NCBI RefSeq assembly: GCF_009914755.1
Contig: NC_060937.1
From: the human T2T-CHM13v2.0 reference genome, Homo sapiens
Length of the DNA stretch: 64,000 nucleotides
Reading direction: 5' to 3' (one strand)
Shown here: one piece after another, positions 1 to 12,030 of the stretch
Numbering within the stretch: the stretch's first letter is position 1
How the letters are laid out: every line of letters begins with the position of its first letter
Notes under the pieces: generated by a model
What the model saw: the letters and a program-made list of their open reading frames with translations, nothing else
Database searches by the model: none
Told to the model about the DNA's origin: nothing
Made by a program: the position numbers and the translations under genes

Positions 1-292
1 GAATGTTGACATCATAGGAAGGTTTAGAGATGCAGAAAGTTAGCCACAGTAAGAGACTAGACTGAAGCGAGCACTCAAACAAACCTCATCTCTCGCTTAC
101 CTTGCTACATTATTTCCTTTTCCCCAGCCCTTCTCACCTCCACCACCCAAGAATCTACAGAGTTCTGAGCTCTCTGGGGCTGTCTGAGGAACGTCTCTTG
201 GTATTTTGTCAGGAATTCGAGTCATTAGGCTCTTGCAGCTTCCCACTTACAAAGTATGTCTTAAACTGTTATGGAAATAAGGATGGTCCTAC

Positions 293-410
293 CATACAAC
301 TTCCGGCGAGGGAAATGCCTTCACTTTCATAGAGAGCCGGTAAGACCGCTTGCCAGCTACGGTTTCAAGCACCTGCTGTTTTCGATGTTTCACAGTGATG
401 AATGCTTTAT
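293..410 (-). CDS. FLT1: FLT1 exon 8 (118 bp): start of Ig-like domain 4
   Basis: TTTCAAAG|ATAAAG...GTTGTATG|GTAGGA. Encodes (D)KAFITVKHRKQQVLETVAGKRSYRLSMKVKAFPSPEVV(W). Confidence 0.97.
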
Positions 411-1378
411 CTTTGAAAGGAGAAGTGATACATACATTAGAAAAGAATAATTTCCATAAACAAAACCTTAGGGCCTCATTCAGGGAGGGTGTAATCAATG
501 AGTAAATAAACAGAGCTGAATTATGATAGAGCCTATCAATGAGCCCAAATGTTGATCATGAATAGGATACTTTAAAAGCACTGTAATTGGTGAACGCCTT
601 TCAAATCAAATGGTATCACGTCCTAGCCACATAAAACAGTGGCAGAGCAACAGAAAGTGAAACACCTTAAATATCTCTATCACAATAACAAAGAAGTGGG
701 AAGATATTTCTAAAAATCTACCTGGCCACTATAAGCAAGGTGAGAAAAAGTTGCTCTGTACACCCTAAAACAACCAATTTGATATCAAAAATCAACTGGA
801 GAAAGACAAAAGGAAATAAAGGCTACTGATAGAATTGTTCCATAGTTTCTGCCCTCCACACTGTTTCCTTTTCAGCAATGGAAATAAGGTCTTTAAGCAT
901 TTTCTTTATAGAATTTGCATACTGAAATTAAGCAACAGCATTAGGATTCCTTGAGAGTAAAAGCAGGAATAAAATAGCATTAATTCTAAATGATTTAGCA
1001 TACCATATTTTTATTTCTCTAATTCATGGTAGTACCTGAGAAATTTTTCTTAGATAATAAAGATAAAACTCATCATCTTTTTCTGTTTTGTTTATACAGA
1101 ACACTAAGAATTTCATAAATATATTAGGTTCTAACCGAATTATTAGCCATAATAAGCATCTAAAGAAAGGACTCTCTGTTCAATTCAAAAGTATTAAATG
1201 TAAAGAGTACTTAATGTGGTTTGCTTTTTGACAGGGGGAGGAGGGAACCATGGCCAAGCTGTATTCATTCATGATAATGTAACTCTTGGCCAACAGAAAA
1301 CTGACTTATTTAGAGAACACAGACATCTACAATGATTAGAAAGCATAGCATGAGTTGGCAACGCTGAACTATGCTTAC

Positions 1379-1553
1379 CATATATATGCACTGAGGTGTT
1401 AACAGATTTGAATGATGGTCCACTCCTTACACGACAAGTATAAAGTCCTTTGTCTTTGTTCTGCATTTTGTCAATAGTAAGAACACTGTAGAATATGTTG
1501 GCATGGGAATTGCTTTGGTCAATTCGTCGCCTTACGGAAGCTCTCTTATTTTT
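1379..1553 (-). CDS. FLT1: FLT1 exon 7 (175 bp): second half of Ig-like domain 3
   Basis: TTTCTAG|AAAAAT...ATATATG|GTAAGC. Encodes KNKRASVRRRIDQSNSHANIFYSVLTIDKMQNKDKGLYTCRVRSGPSFKSVNTSVHIY. Confidence 0.98.
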
Positions 1554-1759
1554 CTAGAAAGAAAATGTATAACAAATGTAGAAGGAGTGAGTGTTCATGC
1601 TTAAAGTTATATAGGATTTTAACATTTCTTAGATCATTAGTTCGACAACAGCTTCTGTTTTATACTAAGAATCATGTCAAATCCACCTAGAGCGTAATGT
1701 TTGGAAACTACATCTGTGTCTAGAGGTGCTTCAAATATGTAGCATAGCAGGATTTATTT

Positions 1760-1950
1760 AGCACTTAATTTTCTTCAAATACACTTTCACATATACTATC
1801 TCAATTGTTTGTCCCAACAACCTAATGAGATTGGCAGGCTGACTGCCCTTTTAGTGATGAAAAAACTGAAGGAAGTGATACCCTGGCCCAAGTTGGCTAG
1901 GAACTGAAGTTGTTTGAGCATAAATCTAGTGTCCTTCCTCTGGCACACAC
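1760..1950 (-). mobile_element. MIR SINE fragment, degraded
   Basis: MIR-core-like sequence 'caacaacctaatgag...gatgaaaaaactga...ctggcccaag'. Boundaries approximate. Confidence 0.55.
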
Positions 1951-2778
1951 ACCTCTCTACACAGTAACCTGTTCCCTAGGCATAGATATCGCACACAAAC
2001 GTGGACAATCATAAGCCTTAGTTAGTGTCTGGCTTAATGACAGTGCTTCTCTCACCAAATCACCATGTGAGTTTCCTTTTTTGTCCCTACGAGATATGAA
2101 GGAAAATATAATGAGTCTTGGCTGTACTTACTAAGGTGGAATAATGCTATAGTTTCATTATTTCACTATTTGAACAGTGCTTGCCCATGTCAGCTAAATC
2201 ACAGTAAATGGATCTTTAACCAAGACTTGGAAGGTGCTGTCCCAGGTTTGTCTCAGAGAAGATCAAGAATTAGCCTTAGGCTCTGCAATCTGACCTGGCC
2301 ACAATGACAGTCCTGCTCACTGTTTTGAGAAGACAAGATCACATTGCCGTCTCCTTTTTTTTTTAAGCACTATATTTTATAACTAATAAGTTATTTCCAC
2401 CTCTCAATCCTTCCCCATAGTCATAGGGGGCGGAGGGGAGGAGCATGGAAAAATGTCTTTGGGAGCTGTCCAGAACTGATTTTTGGATCTTGAGCTTAGT
2501 TCTCCTCTGTGCCACGTTTAATACACTTCTACCCACCTGTCCTTTTACTTCCCCATTGGAACAGACAGACACATGTTGAGGCCATTTTCTTCATTCTCAG
2601 CAATAACCAGAGAGAAAAGTCAATTGCCACTATCAAAAGTCAGAGAACTAGTCCCCTAACGTAACAGACTGAGGGAGCTTTCTGCAGCTCTATTTATACA
2701 GGTACTACTTCCTTTGCCAAGCTGAGTAACACTGGTATTGCTTCTGACTTGGGAAAGAACTCATCCTGTGTTTTAGAA

Positions 2779-2965
2779 TTGCTTCGCCCAGTACTGCAGC
2801 CACCAGCCACGTGTGGCTATTAAAATTAAATGAAATCAAAAATTCATTTCCTCAGTCACACTAGTCACATTTCAAGTGCTCATCTGCCATATGTGGCTAG
2901 TGGCACAGTACTGGAGCACAAATACGGGATATTTCCATCACAGAAAGTTCTGTTGGACAGTGCTG
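2779..2965 (-). mobile_element. MER3-like hAT-Charlie non-autonomous DNA transposon
   Basis: Ends ...ttggacagtgctg, has internal 'agccacgtgtggct' palindromes, and is flanked by an exact 8-bp TSD TTTTAGAA (2771-2778 and 2966-2973). Confidence 0.85.
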
Positions 2966-4061
2966 TTTTAGAAGATTATTAGCATTTAATAGATGTGTTG
3001 TAGATACTCTTACTTACAGCAGCAATGCTAGCAGGATAAAAGTTTCTTCCCTCTTGGCACTTACGGAGAATATTTGATTTCTATTAAAACCCAGAAAATA
3101 TTGCTACAAGCCATAGCATTTTTATTTAAATGAAACAATAACTCTCCTAGAGAATAGTTTATGACTGATAAGTCCTTAATGTGTCCCTACAGGGCACTCG
3201 TTACACGTTTTTGTTGCTAAGTTATTCCATTTCCATGGCGAGAAATGTCGATGAAAAACAACACTAGCTTGAGGCTGATGCATTAATCTTTCATACATAA
3301 TTTAATCATAAATTGACTTTGTAATTGGGCAATCTGAACGACATAACAAATGATTGTACTTGAGATATGCCGCATAAATCATGCTGACACACAAGAAATG
3401 GGGGCTAGAACTACTGTCAAAATTTCCGTAACAGTTTATCATAGTTTCCCCATCTATACATTTTTAAAACAATTATTGTTTGCAAGGATGTTCGATTTGA
3501 ATAAGGGAACCCAACGCAGGCTTCATTCTTCTCATTTTTCTGAAGGACAGAATTGCTCCCCTGACACTTAACAAATGGAATATTGGATGGCTGGGTTGTA
3601 ATATCTTTTCCAAACATGCTCCAATCAGGTGCCTGACTGTCTGCCAGTATCTTAAATGAATGCGCTGACAGAGACAGCCTCCTGGAAAGTTGTTGTTGTT
3701 GTTACAAAAGGCAGTCCCTGCCTGGCATTTGGTGATAAATTTCTCTCTCATCTCTAAATCCTACAGAGTAGTTTCCAAGAATGAAACAATCCCTTTTCTT
3801 CCACCTAGAATCATGCAATAGAAATACCAGTCTACGCTCTTCAAAACAAAACCCCCAGACATCAAAAGACAGTATCTATGCATATCACACTCATGAAATG
3901 CCAGGCAAAGAAAGCACTCAAACCAAACCCAAAGCTTCTTTATTGACTAACACTGCCACAGGAGTCAGGATTTTCTGATTTTTCCCATCTCAAAACCCCT
4001 GCGGGATTTCACTTGCTTAAAATACTGTCCTGCAGAAGAAATAGAAAAATGGGTCACTCAC

Positions 4062-4198
4062 TTCATCAGGGTAACTCCAGGTCATTTGAACTCTCGTGTT
4101 CAAGGGAGTGGTAGCAGTACAATTGAGGACAAGAGTATGGCCTCTAAGTAATTTGACTGGGCGTGGTGTGCTTATTTGGACATCTATGATTGTATTGG
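4062..4198 (-). CDS. FLT1: FLT1 exon 6 (137 bp): first half of Ig-like domain 3
   Basis: TTGCAG|CCAATACA...GATGAA|GTGAGT. Encodes NTIIDVQISTPRPVKLLRGHTLVLNCTATTPLNTRVQMTWSYPDE. Separated from exon 5 by a 102-bp intron. Confidence 0.98.
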
Positions 4199-4300
4199 CT
4201 GCAAGCATAAGAGAGAAATTTTTTAAAATTAAGATTTCATTACACAGATAAAAATACAGAGCACTTCGGCTTATGTTCATGCCTTTGAAGCATCACTTAC

Positions 4301-4463
4301 TTTGTCGATGTGTGAGATAGTTTGTCTTATACAAATGCCCATTGACTGTTGCTTCACAGGTCAGAAGCCCTATTTCTTTGTACGTTGCATTTGATATGAT
4401 GAAGCCCTTTCTACTGTCCCAGATTATGCGTTTTCCATCAGGGATCAAAGTGTCAAGTGGAAA
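4301..4463 (-). CDS. FLT1: FLT1 exon 5 (163 bp): second half of Ig-like domain 2
   Basis: TTTTCAG|TTTCCA...CGACAAA|GTAAGT. Encodes FPLDTLIPDGKRIIWDSRKGFIISNATYKEIGLLTCEATVNGHLYKTNYLTHRQ. Confidence 0.98.
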
Positions 4464-4843
4464 CTGAAAAGGAAGAGGCATGCATTAACAAGGTCCTATT
4501 AGCACTGGTTGGCAATACTGTTTCACCAGCAGTTTGTGAAAACATGATTTTTCATCTAAAATGAAAATAGTAAAACTTTGTAGTTTGCTTATAACAAACT
4601 AGGTTAAAAACTCTAGTTTGTTATAATTGGTTCTTGAGTTTTTTTGCATATAGCAAAAGATATTTGCATTATGATAAATTATAGTAATTATGATAATTTA
4701 CTATCAGCCTTGGCAACAAGTGGCATCTACCCAGGATAGACCTACTTGTCATGTCAGACTTTCAGTTGGAGCCCATAACTCTTTGGCCTCCGGGAATCTT
4801 CATAATAAGCTGGTCAGACACTCAATAGACAAACCAATTAAGA

Positions 4844-5160
<317 letters not shown>

Positions 5161-7019
5161 CTACTGGGGCTGCCAGATTATTCTCATTTGTTTTCATCAT
5201 CCAGAGCTTTTAACAAGCCATAGTTTTTCCTCCCATTTTGCATAGTTTACTGAAGAAGTGGCTGTCTTCAAAAGAGTGTAAATAATTCCAGGTCCTCCAA
5301 GATTCATAACATTAACTCGGCACTCACTGGGGCTGTCATTCTGACGATCCTGCTGTGTCACAAGGAAGGCATCAGCTCTGCCTCTGGAAAGGAAACTCCC
5401 AGAAGCTGAAGCTGCTGATGGTGAAGGCAGCCTCGGAGGCCAGAGACTCTGCAATGAATGAAGTGCTCTCTAATGCTCAGAAGTATTCCCAAGCACGGTG
5501 AGTCCAAACAGAAGAAAATAATCCATGATCTGACTTTCTCCTTATGCCTTCTTCTGACATCAAGAATGTAACATTTAAAGACTACAAGATAAACACTCTG
5601 CCTTGGGATTAAACTTTATTTATAAAGGGTCATTGCTCCATAAAGTGGCCCAGCCAAATTCCCCTGATGCCAGGTTGCCAGCCCAATTTCAGTGGTGGTA
5701 GACTCCCAACTACCACTATTCCTTATTCCCAGTTGAAAAAGGGGGAAAAAAATCAAATTACCTTCCCCCAACAGATTATAAAGGAAATACCAAACAGCCA
5801 CAAAGAAGCTCGAAACCTTTTCTATCGCCTTTTAAAAAGTACACCTGGCATCCCTCGCTCTATCCAGTTATCATTTATTTCTATTGCTTGCTGAAGGCGC
5901 TGATCTGGATTTGTGATCCTATGGCAGAGATTTCTAGTCCAGAAGCCACTAGTGCCTCTCTTCCAGGGACTATGCCTACATCGGAATGTATTACCGGTGT
6001 TCCTTGGGTTTGAAATTAATTACATCCTGTTTATGAAGAACTGAAAGCAATTAAAGGATTCGCTTTCATGTTTCAGTAAATCAAGGTGCTACCTGTAAAC
6101 TCAGGAATGCAGTCGGTGGGAAAAAAAGAACCTTCTCTTCTAATTTAGTGCAAGCAAAGGAAAAACCCAGAAAAATTTAAGTCAGGGACTGAAATCTATG
6201 GTACTTTACAAATAAGTGAAAACAAGCATGTGCTGAATCTAAAAGAAAGGATTGCTGACAGACGTCCTCAGTACAACTTAAAAATACACTAAAATTTCCT
6301 CCGAAGTGTTTCTCTTACTCTCATCTATCCATTACGGCTGTTAGTAGCATTCCATTGACAAAGTAACTTTACATTTAGCTGACAAGATCTAAAGCAGTCA
6401 AAGACTGTAGCCCATCAGCTGTGGCCACCACCGCATGTGTAAGAATGAAGGCAGATGGGCAGGTGGATCTCAGCCTCGAAAGGAAGCCCTGGGCAGCAAG
6501 GCCTGTCTGCAGCTGACCATGGCTCCGACAAAGCAGGCATGTGAAAAGGAGAGGGAGGGGACAGAAAATTAGAAGAAAAGGGACAATAAGAGAAATGAAA
6601 GGGAAAGATATTAACTTCATGTCAGCAGAAATACGTCATAGGTTAGAATATTTCCAGTATATATGTGCCAAACCAAAATCCCTGTGAAAATTTTACACTT
6701 CTCTTTCTCTCTTTTTAAATTGTGCACTCCAGATCGTAGGCAGAAAAAACAGTAAATAGACTCCCACCAGCCCCAGATTTTTATATGGGAATTTTGGAAT
6801 GCTCCTGATGACCAAACAACCCATCTGCATTAGCGCTCCCATGAAAGAGAACGTTTCCCTCTCCACGTGGTGTTTTCCATATTAATCATACAGCAATAAT
6901 TATCTCAGACTAATGGGAGTAATGCCATGCTATTGAAAACATGACTTGGTAATATACCAAGTACAGTATTGGGTGTTAAACTGTTAAATAATGCTAAAGC
7001 TAACCCTTGAATAGGGCTG

Positions 7020-7235
7020 ATCTTGTACTTAGATACTGTTCTAAGTGCTTTCCATATATCACCTGACTTAAGTTTTCTAACAGCAATGTGAGGTGGTACT
7101 ATTGTCATTACCCCCTTCCTCAGATGGGGAGAGTGAGGTGGAGAGAGGTTTGATAACTCATTAGTTTGCCCAGTGACAAGTGCAGTATGTTCAGAGTGCA
7201 GGCAATGTGGCACCAGCCTCTGCTCTTAACCACAC
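7020..7235 (-). mobile_element. MIR SINE
   Basis: Matches the reverse complement of the MIR consensus (tgttctaagtgcttt...cagatgggga...gctcttaaccac). Confidence 0.8.
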
Positions 7236-8463
7236 TTGTCTTCCTCCTATATGAACTAGACCATTCAAGAAGGATGGCAGGAACACTGAATGAGAAGGCA
7301 AGGTATTGGCTCAAATGCCCAGTATGACCTGCGAAGTTCCTGACACTCTGGAAACCAGGGTGTTTTTATCTTGACCAACTGAGGAGTTCAACTCCTCTGG
7401 CGTTTCCAGCTCTGCTGTATAATGACTTTCTATTTCCTGGCGATGGCACACAAATGTAGTGGAGGCCAAAACCTGTCTCTGATGGACTATGTTGAAGGCC
7501 TACGTGAGTAACAACCCAGGAGAGTGAATGCAAGGAAAGAGGATAAGGAGAATCCTCCACCACATTTCAGGACTCAGGGTTGATGGGTGAGACTGAACAT
7601 CATTCTCTGAACTTTTCCAGCCTAACTGCCACAGCTACCAGCACCAAACACTTCCTGAGTGCCTGCTCTGTGATGAACTGTGCGAGGTGCTGCTCTGGGG
7701 CGGACTTGACTTTCTCTCTTAAAGTTCTAAGCTCTCAGAACTTAGCACAGTTTTCCGTTTGGGGAGCTTTTATCCAGTTCTGAGTCCTGGTATACTCCTA
7801 ACTCTTACTGCTGATTAATTAGCTAGAATGTCATAGGTTTAGTTTTTGTCTTTATTAGATTCTACCCTAAATCTTTTACCTTTCCATATGTACAATTTAC
7901 AATATAGTATGAAGAAAAGTTTCACGTATGGCCTTCTTTCCTCCCTTTTTCCCTAAGAGATGAAGTTTGGGTGCTCAGCAGGAGACAGGCCTTTTATCAC
8001 AAGGAACTTGCCAATTCAAACCAAACGTGCTGGCTCCTTATGCATGAAGCCAGAACATATCGATGCCTGGAGAACTGGGCACCCTGCTGACATTCTGTCT
8101 TCTCTGCAGTAATCTGGATAATCCACTCTCTGCAAAGTTATTAATTTGTGTAAGCAGCAGAATTGATTTTTCTCACATTTGCACACAGTTGGGTTTGTGG
8201 CAATACATAACATTTTTCACGATTTCAGTTCTTTCATTATTCACATCGATTTATGCTTAAGACACCATCATTTTATTCTATTTAACCACATGCATGGACA
8301 TAACTTCTAGCACTATTCCTTATAGTAAAAGGATGTTACAGGAAAGTCCACTGAGAAGCCCAGGTGTTTGTAAGGAAATTATTCCAGAAAGATAGAACGA
8401 GTAAAACTTCATTATGCTTATTTGCAGTGAAAGTATGCTGAGAATAGCGGTGTTCAAATTTAC

Positions 8464-8588
8464 CTTTTTTAAAGTAACAGTGATGTTAGGTGACGTAACC
8501 CGGCAGGGAATGACGAGCTCCCTTCCTTCAGTCATGTGTATAATTTCGGGGATTTCACTGTACATCTCTACGAAAGGTCTACCTGTAT
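8464..8588 (-). CDS. FLT1: FLT1 exon 4 (125 bp): first half of Ig-like domain 2 (VEGF binding)
   Basis: TCATTCAG|ATACAGGT...AAAAAAG|GTAAAT. Encodes DTGRPFVEMYSEIPEIIHMTEGRELVIPCRVTSPNITVTLKK. Confidence 0.98.
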
Positions 8589-9742
8589 CTGAATGAGAAG
8601 AAAATGAAAAAAATATATACATAAATGATTGACATGCAAGCATCTAGACACTGTAGCTAGTGTGGTATGGTAGGCATTGCCACAGTCACGTCATTCTCCC
8701 TTAATGTAATCCATACATTCACATCTTTGTCTCTGAATTTGGCCCTCTGTGTTTCTACCCAGAAAAAGAAAGCTTCCCTAATAAAACCTAATTTCATATC
8801 TGTTGTTGGCCTCTGATCAGATTGCCCCAATACCTTAATATGCAATGTGGTATGGGGGGACCACTGTGGGAAAAAGCCTAAAAGTGCAGTAGGAGAGAAA
8901 GGAGAAAATTCTGCATAGACTTCTCACCACAGCTATGCTAAGTGCCTCAGGAAGCGCCCTCCAGAGCCTTTGTAAGTGCTCAAAGGGCATAGATGCAGTG
9001 GCGAAGGTCAACTCTCTTTGGAGAATTCAAGGTGATGCAGAAGTCTAGCAAGTTGAGGAGAGGATTATCATTTGAATGACAGAAGCATGACTTAAAGGTT
9101 TTCTAGACTTTTCCTCGGAGGCTAATAATAATGAATGAGAAGGTCTGAGCTGCTTAGGGGGAGGCGGACAGGCCGGAGAAGCTGTGTTGAATGCTGCATT
9201 TATTTCATATGTATATTAGGCTTATTTCTTTAGTATGCGCTACTTACCTGCTAATAGCAAAGTCTGTGCAAGTGCCTGCAGAGAAGTCTGGAAAAGACTT
9301 TAAGCACCAATACTTCCTTAAAAAGCGTGGCATTTGGCCAGTCTCAGAGGCAAGGAGGATTCAAACACCTGTTCAGCTTCCCTGTAACTCCTCAGGGAAC
9401 CAGAATGAGTCCAAGATCCTTTTAGAAACATTCTCAGTCTACCCTGCCCTTGCCCTCGGGAATCTATTGACATCCTCAGGCAACGATCTCTTCGGGAGTC
9501 ATTGTGTTCTGATCGTCCCCCATTTGTTCCAGCCTTATATACTAAATGGAAAGAAGTCCTGTGTGAACTCTCTCCATTTGGACCTGAAAGAACCAACCAG
9601 GCCCCCACCTGCTTGCTGGTCCTGCCTCAGGTTTGTGGATTACGAAGCTAATTCAGGATGCTGAATGGAGAAGGAATTGGAGAGAAACAAAAGCAGTAAG
9701 CAGGCAATGGTTGCCCAGACTAGATGGTGGCTACAGTGATCA

Positions 9743-10185
9743 TTATGGTAGAACTGTGTCCCCACCAAAACGATATGCTGAAGTCCTAACCCCCCTGTAC
9801 TTCTGAATGTAACCTCATTTGAAAACAGGATTGTTGCAAATGTAATTGCTTAAGCTAAGTAAGGGAGGGCTCCTCATCCAATGTGATTAGCATCCTTGTA
9901 AGAAGGCAGTCATGTGAAGACAGACAGGGTGTGCAGACTCGCACTATGTGCAGATGGAGGCAGAGACAGGTGTGATGCAGCGGCAAGCCAAAGAATGCCA
10001 AGGATTGCGGGCAACCACCAGCATGTAGGAAGAGGCGAGGGAGGGTTCTTCTGCAGGTTTCAGAAGGGGCATGGCCCAGATGATTTGATTTCAGACTTAG
10101 AGTTTCCAGAACTGTGAGATAATACATTTCTGTAGTTTTAAGCCAAAAAAGAAAAAAAAGTGGGCCATTGCTGTAGCCTGCTGAA
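9743..10185 (+). mobile_element. MLT1 (MLT1C-like) MaLR solo LTR
   Basis: Diagnostic blocks gaagtcctaacccc, caagccaaagaatgccaaggattgc and ccagaactgtgagataatacatttctg. Confidence 0.85.
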
Positions 10186-10869
10186 GATGGGATAGTTTTC
10201 TGCACAGCAGTGTGGAATGGAGGCACAGATGTGAGCTCTAGAGAGACCCTTTCACCACAGCCCATCTTGTGTGGTCCCTGGCACCTATATGTTAATTATT
10301 CCCACTCATCCTCCGGGAAGCCTTGCTAGCCCCCTTCCTTCCTGCACCCTTCTCCACCCTAGCCCACATTAGGGACTTTCCCAGTGTTCCCATTGATTCT
10401 GTTACAACACGGTCCACAGAACCAGCAGTTTTTTTCTCTGGGTACTCCTTGGATGCTACATTCCTAGAGGAGAGGAAATGGATTGTATTCATGTCTGTCT
10501 CATGTGTACTGAATGAATGAGTGAACGGGTATCCAACCCCGTCCTTTTACAGATGAGAAAAGAGGCACAAACAGGTGAAATGAGTTGTCTAGATGGGCAC
10601 AGCCAGGCCTGTAGGCCAGTTACTTCTGCCTCCAATCTAGAGCCCCTTCCCTGGCGGCACCCTGAAGGCTGAACCTCTGGCTACGTTCTCTTGAAGGCCC
10701 CCATAGAAAGGGCTGCCAGCAGGTGACAATGGTTTTTCAGAGATGAAGGCTGATTTCCACACATTCAGTGGGAAAGTAAGTGCCTCATGGTACTGCATAG
10801 TGTTGGAGAAATTCTGAAAAAGGGCTGAACACCAAGGCATGGTGTGTGAGAGCAGGCTTTGGGGCAGGC

Positions 10870-11095
10870 TTTGAGTCGGAGGGAGGTGGTTCAGAGTACG
10901 CCTCAAAGCCTGGGTTTAATCCTGGCTGTGGTCCTGTGTAACTGTGAGACCTTGGGGAAATCATTATACCCTCTGTGCCTCATTTGTAAAATCTAAGTGA
11001 AAGGGCTATGATGAGGATTACATGAATTAATATATGTAAAGCACTTAGAATGATGCCTGGCAAATAGTTAGCTGTTAATTTTCTTATTATTATTA
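10870..11095 (+). mobile_element. MIR SINE
   Basis: cctgggtttaatcctggct...gaccttgggg...gtaaagcacttagaa...gcctggca. Confidence 0.85.
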
Positions 11096-11121
11096 TGACT
11101 CATTTGAACTTATGAACAAAG

Positions 11122-11783
11122 TGTTAGAGTTGGCAGTTAGGCAGACATGAGTGGGACAGGAGAGTGCCCCTCCTCCCAAGAATGTCAGGTGACCATCAGG
11201 TGATGGTCAGGTGGTTATTAAACTGTCTTTCTAAAATAATAATTAGTCACAGCTGGCACCAGAGACCGTCTCCCAACAGATAGGAAACACCTGAAGCTGG
11301 TGATCAGCAGCTTCCTGATAAGATCTCAGAAGTTGGGGGAGCAGGCTCAAGCATGCACACTCAAAGGCAAAATGGCACAGTTTAACCGGTATATGACTTT
11401 CCTCTGTGAATGCTCAACTGGTAAGGGAAAAACACCTCAAGTGAGCACAAACACAACTTCAGTAAACACAGTGCGCATGTGGCTCCTCCCAGGTGCTGGC
11501 AGGCCACTGTGCATGTGGACAGCCCATCCCAAAGGAAAAATCAGGGGAAAATAAACACAAACCCTTGAATCTCTCCAGTTGCCTGCTTGGCCCTCTGCCA
11601 AGTGTAGTTTGCTTCCTCTCATTCCTGCTCTAAAACTGTTTAATAAACTCTCGCTCCTGCTCTAAAATTTGCCTCAGTCTCTCCCTCTGCCTTACACCTA
11701 CTAATGCCCTTGGCTGAATTCCTTCCTCCAAGGAGGCAAGGATCAAGTTGCTGTAGACCCATACAGATTCGCTGCTGGTACCA
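11122..11783 (+). mobile_element. ERV1 solo LTR, MER50-like, antisense to FLT1
   Basis: TG...CA termini. The 5' end TGTTAGAGTTGGCAGTTAGGCAGACATGAG and the internal blocks GACCATCAGGTGATGGTCAGG and CAGCAGCTTCCTGATAAGATCTCAG match my recollection of MER50. AATAAA at 11642-11647. No clean TSD. Confidence 0.8.
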
Positions 11784-11902
11784 GTAGGTAGATATGAAAA
11801 TCACAAATTATACTCATCATCTTAACTATCAAAAATATAAATATATATTGATATAGTGGCATAGGAAAAAGGATTGGAAACAAACATACTAAAATTTTAA
11901 GA

Positions 11903-12030
11903 GCCAGGTGCAGTGGCTCACACCTGTAGTCTCAGCACTTTGGGAGGCTGAGGCAGGAGGATCACTTGAGGCCAAGAGTTTGAGACCAGCCTGGGCAACA
12001 TAGCAAGATCCCTTCTCTGCCCAAAAAAAG
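11903..12030 (+). mobile_element. FLAM / Alu left monomer
   Basis: Single Alu arm ending in an A-run, embedded in an old L1-like 3' remnant. Confidence 0.85.

Noticed and set aside
9191-9664. 157-aa + strand ORF, and similar non-repeat ORFs at 54315-54809, 50782-51165 and 29944-30333
   Set aside because: No recognisable domain or splice context, and lengths are within chance expectation for 64 kb read in six frames.
10141-10160. A-run after the MLT1C poly(A) region, suggesting a second retrocopied LTR
   Set aside because: The LTR has its 5' end, LTR-like sequence seems to continue after the A-run, and I found no long TSD.
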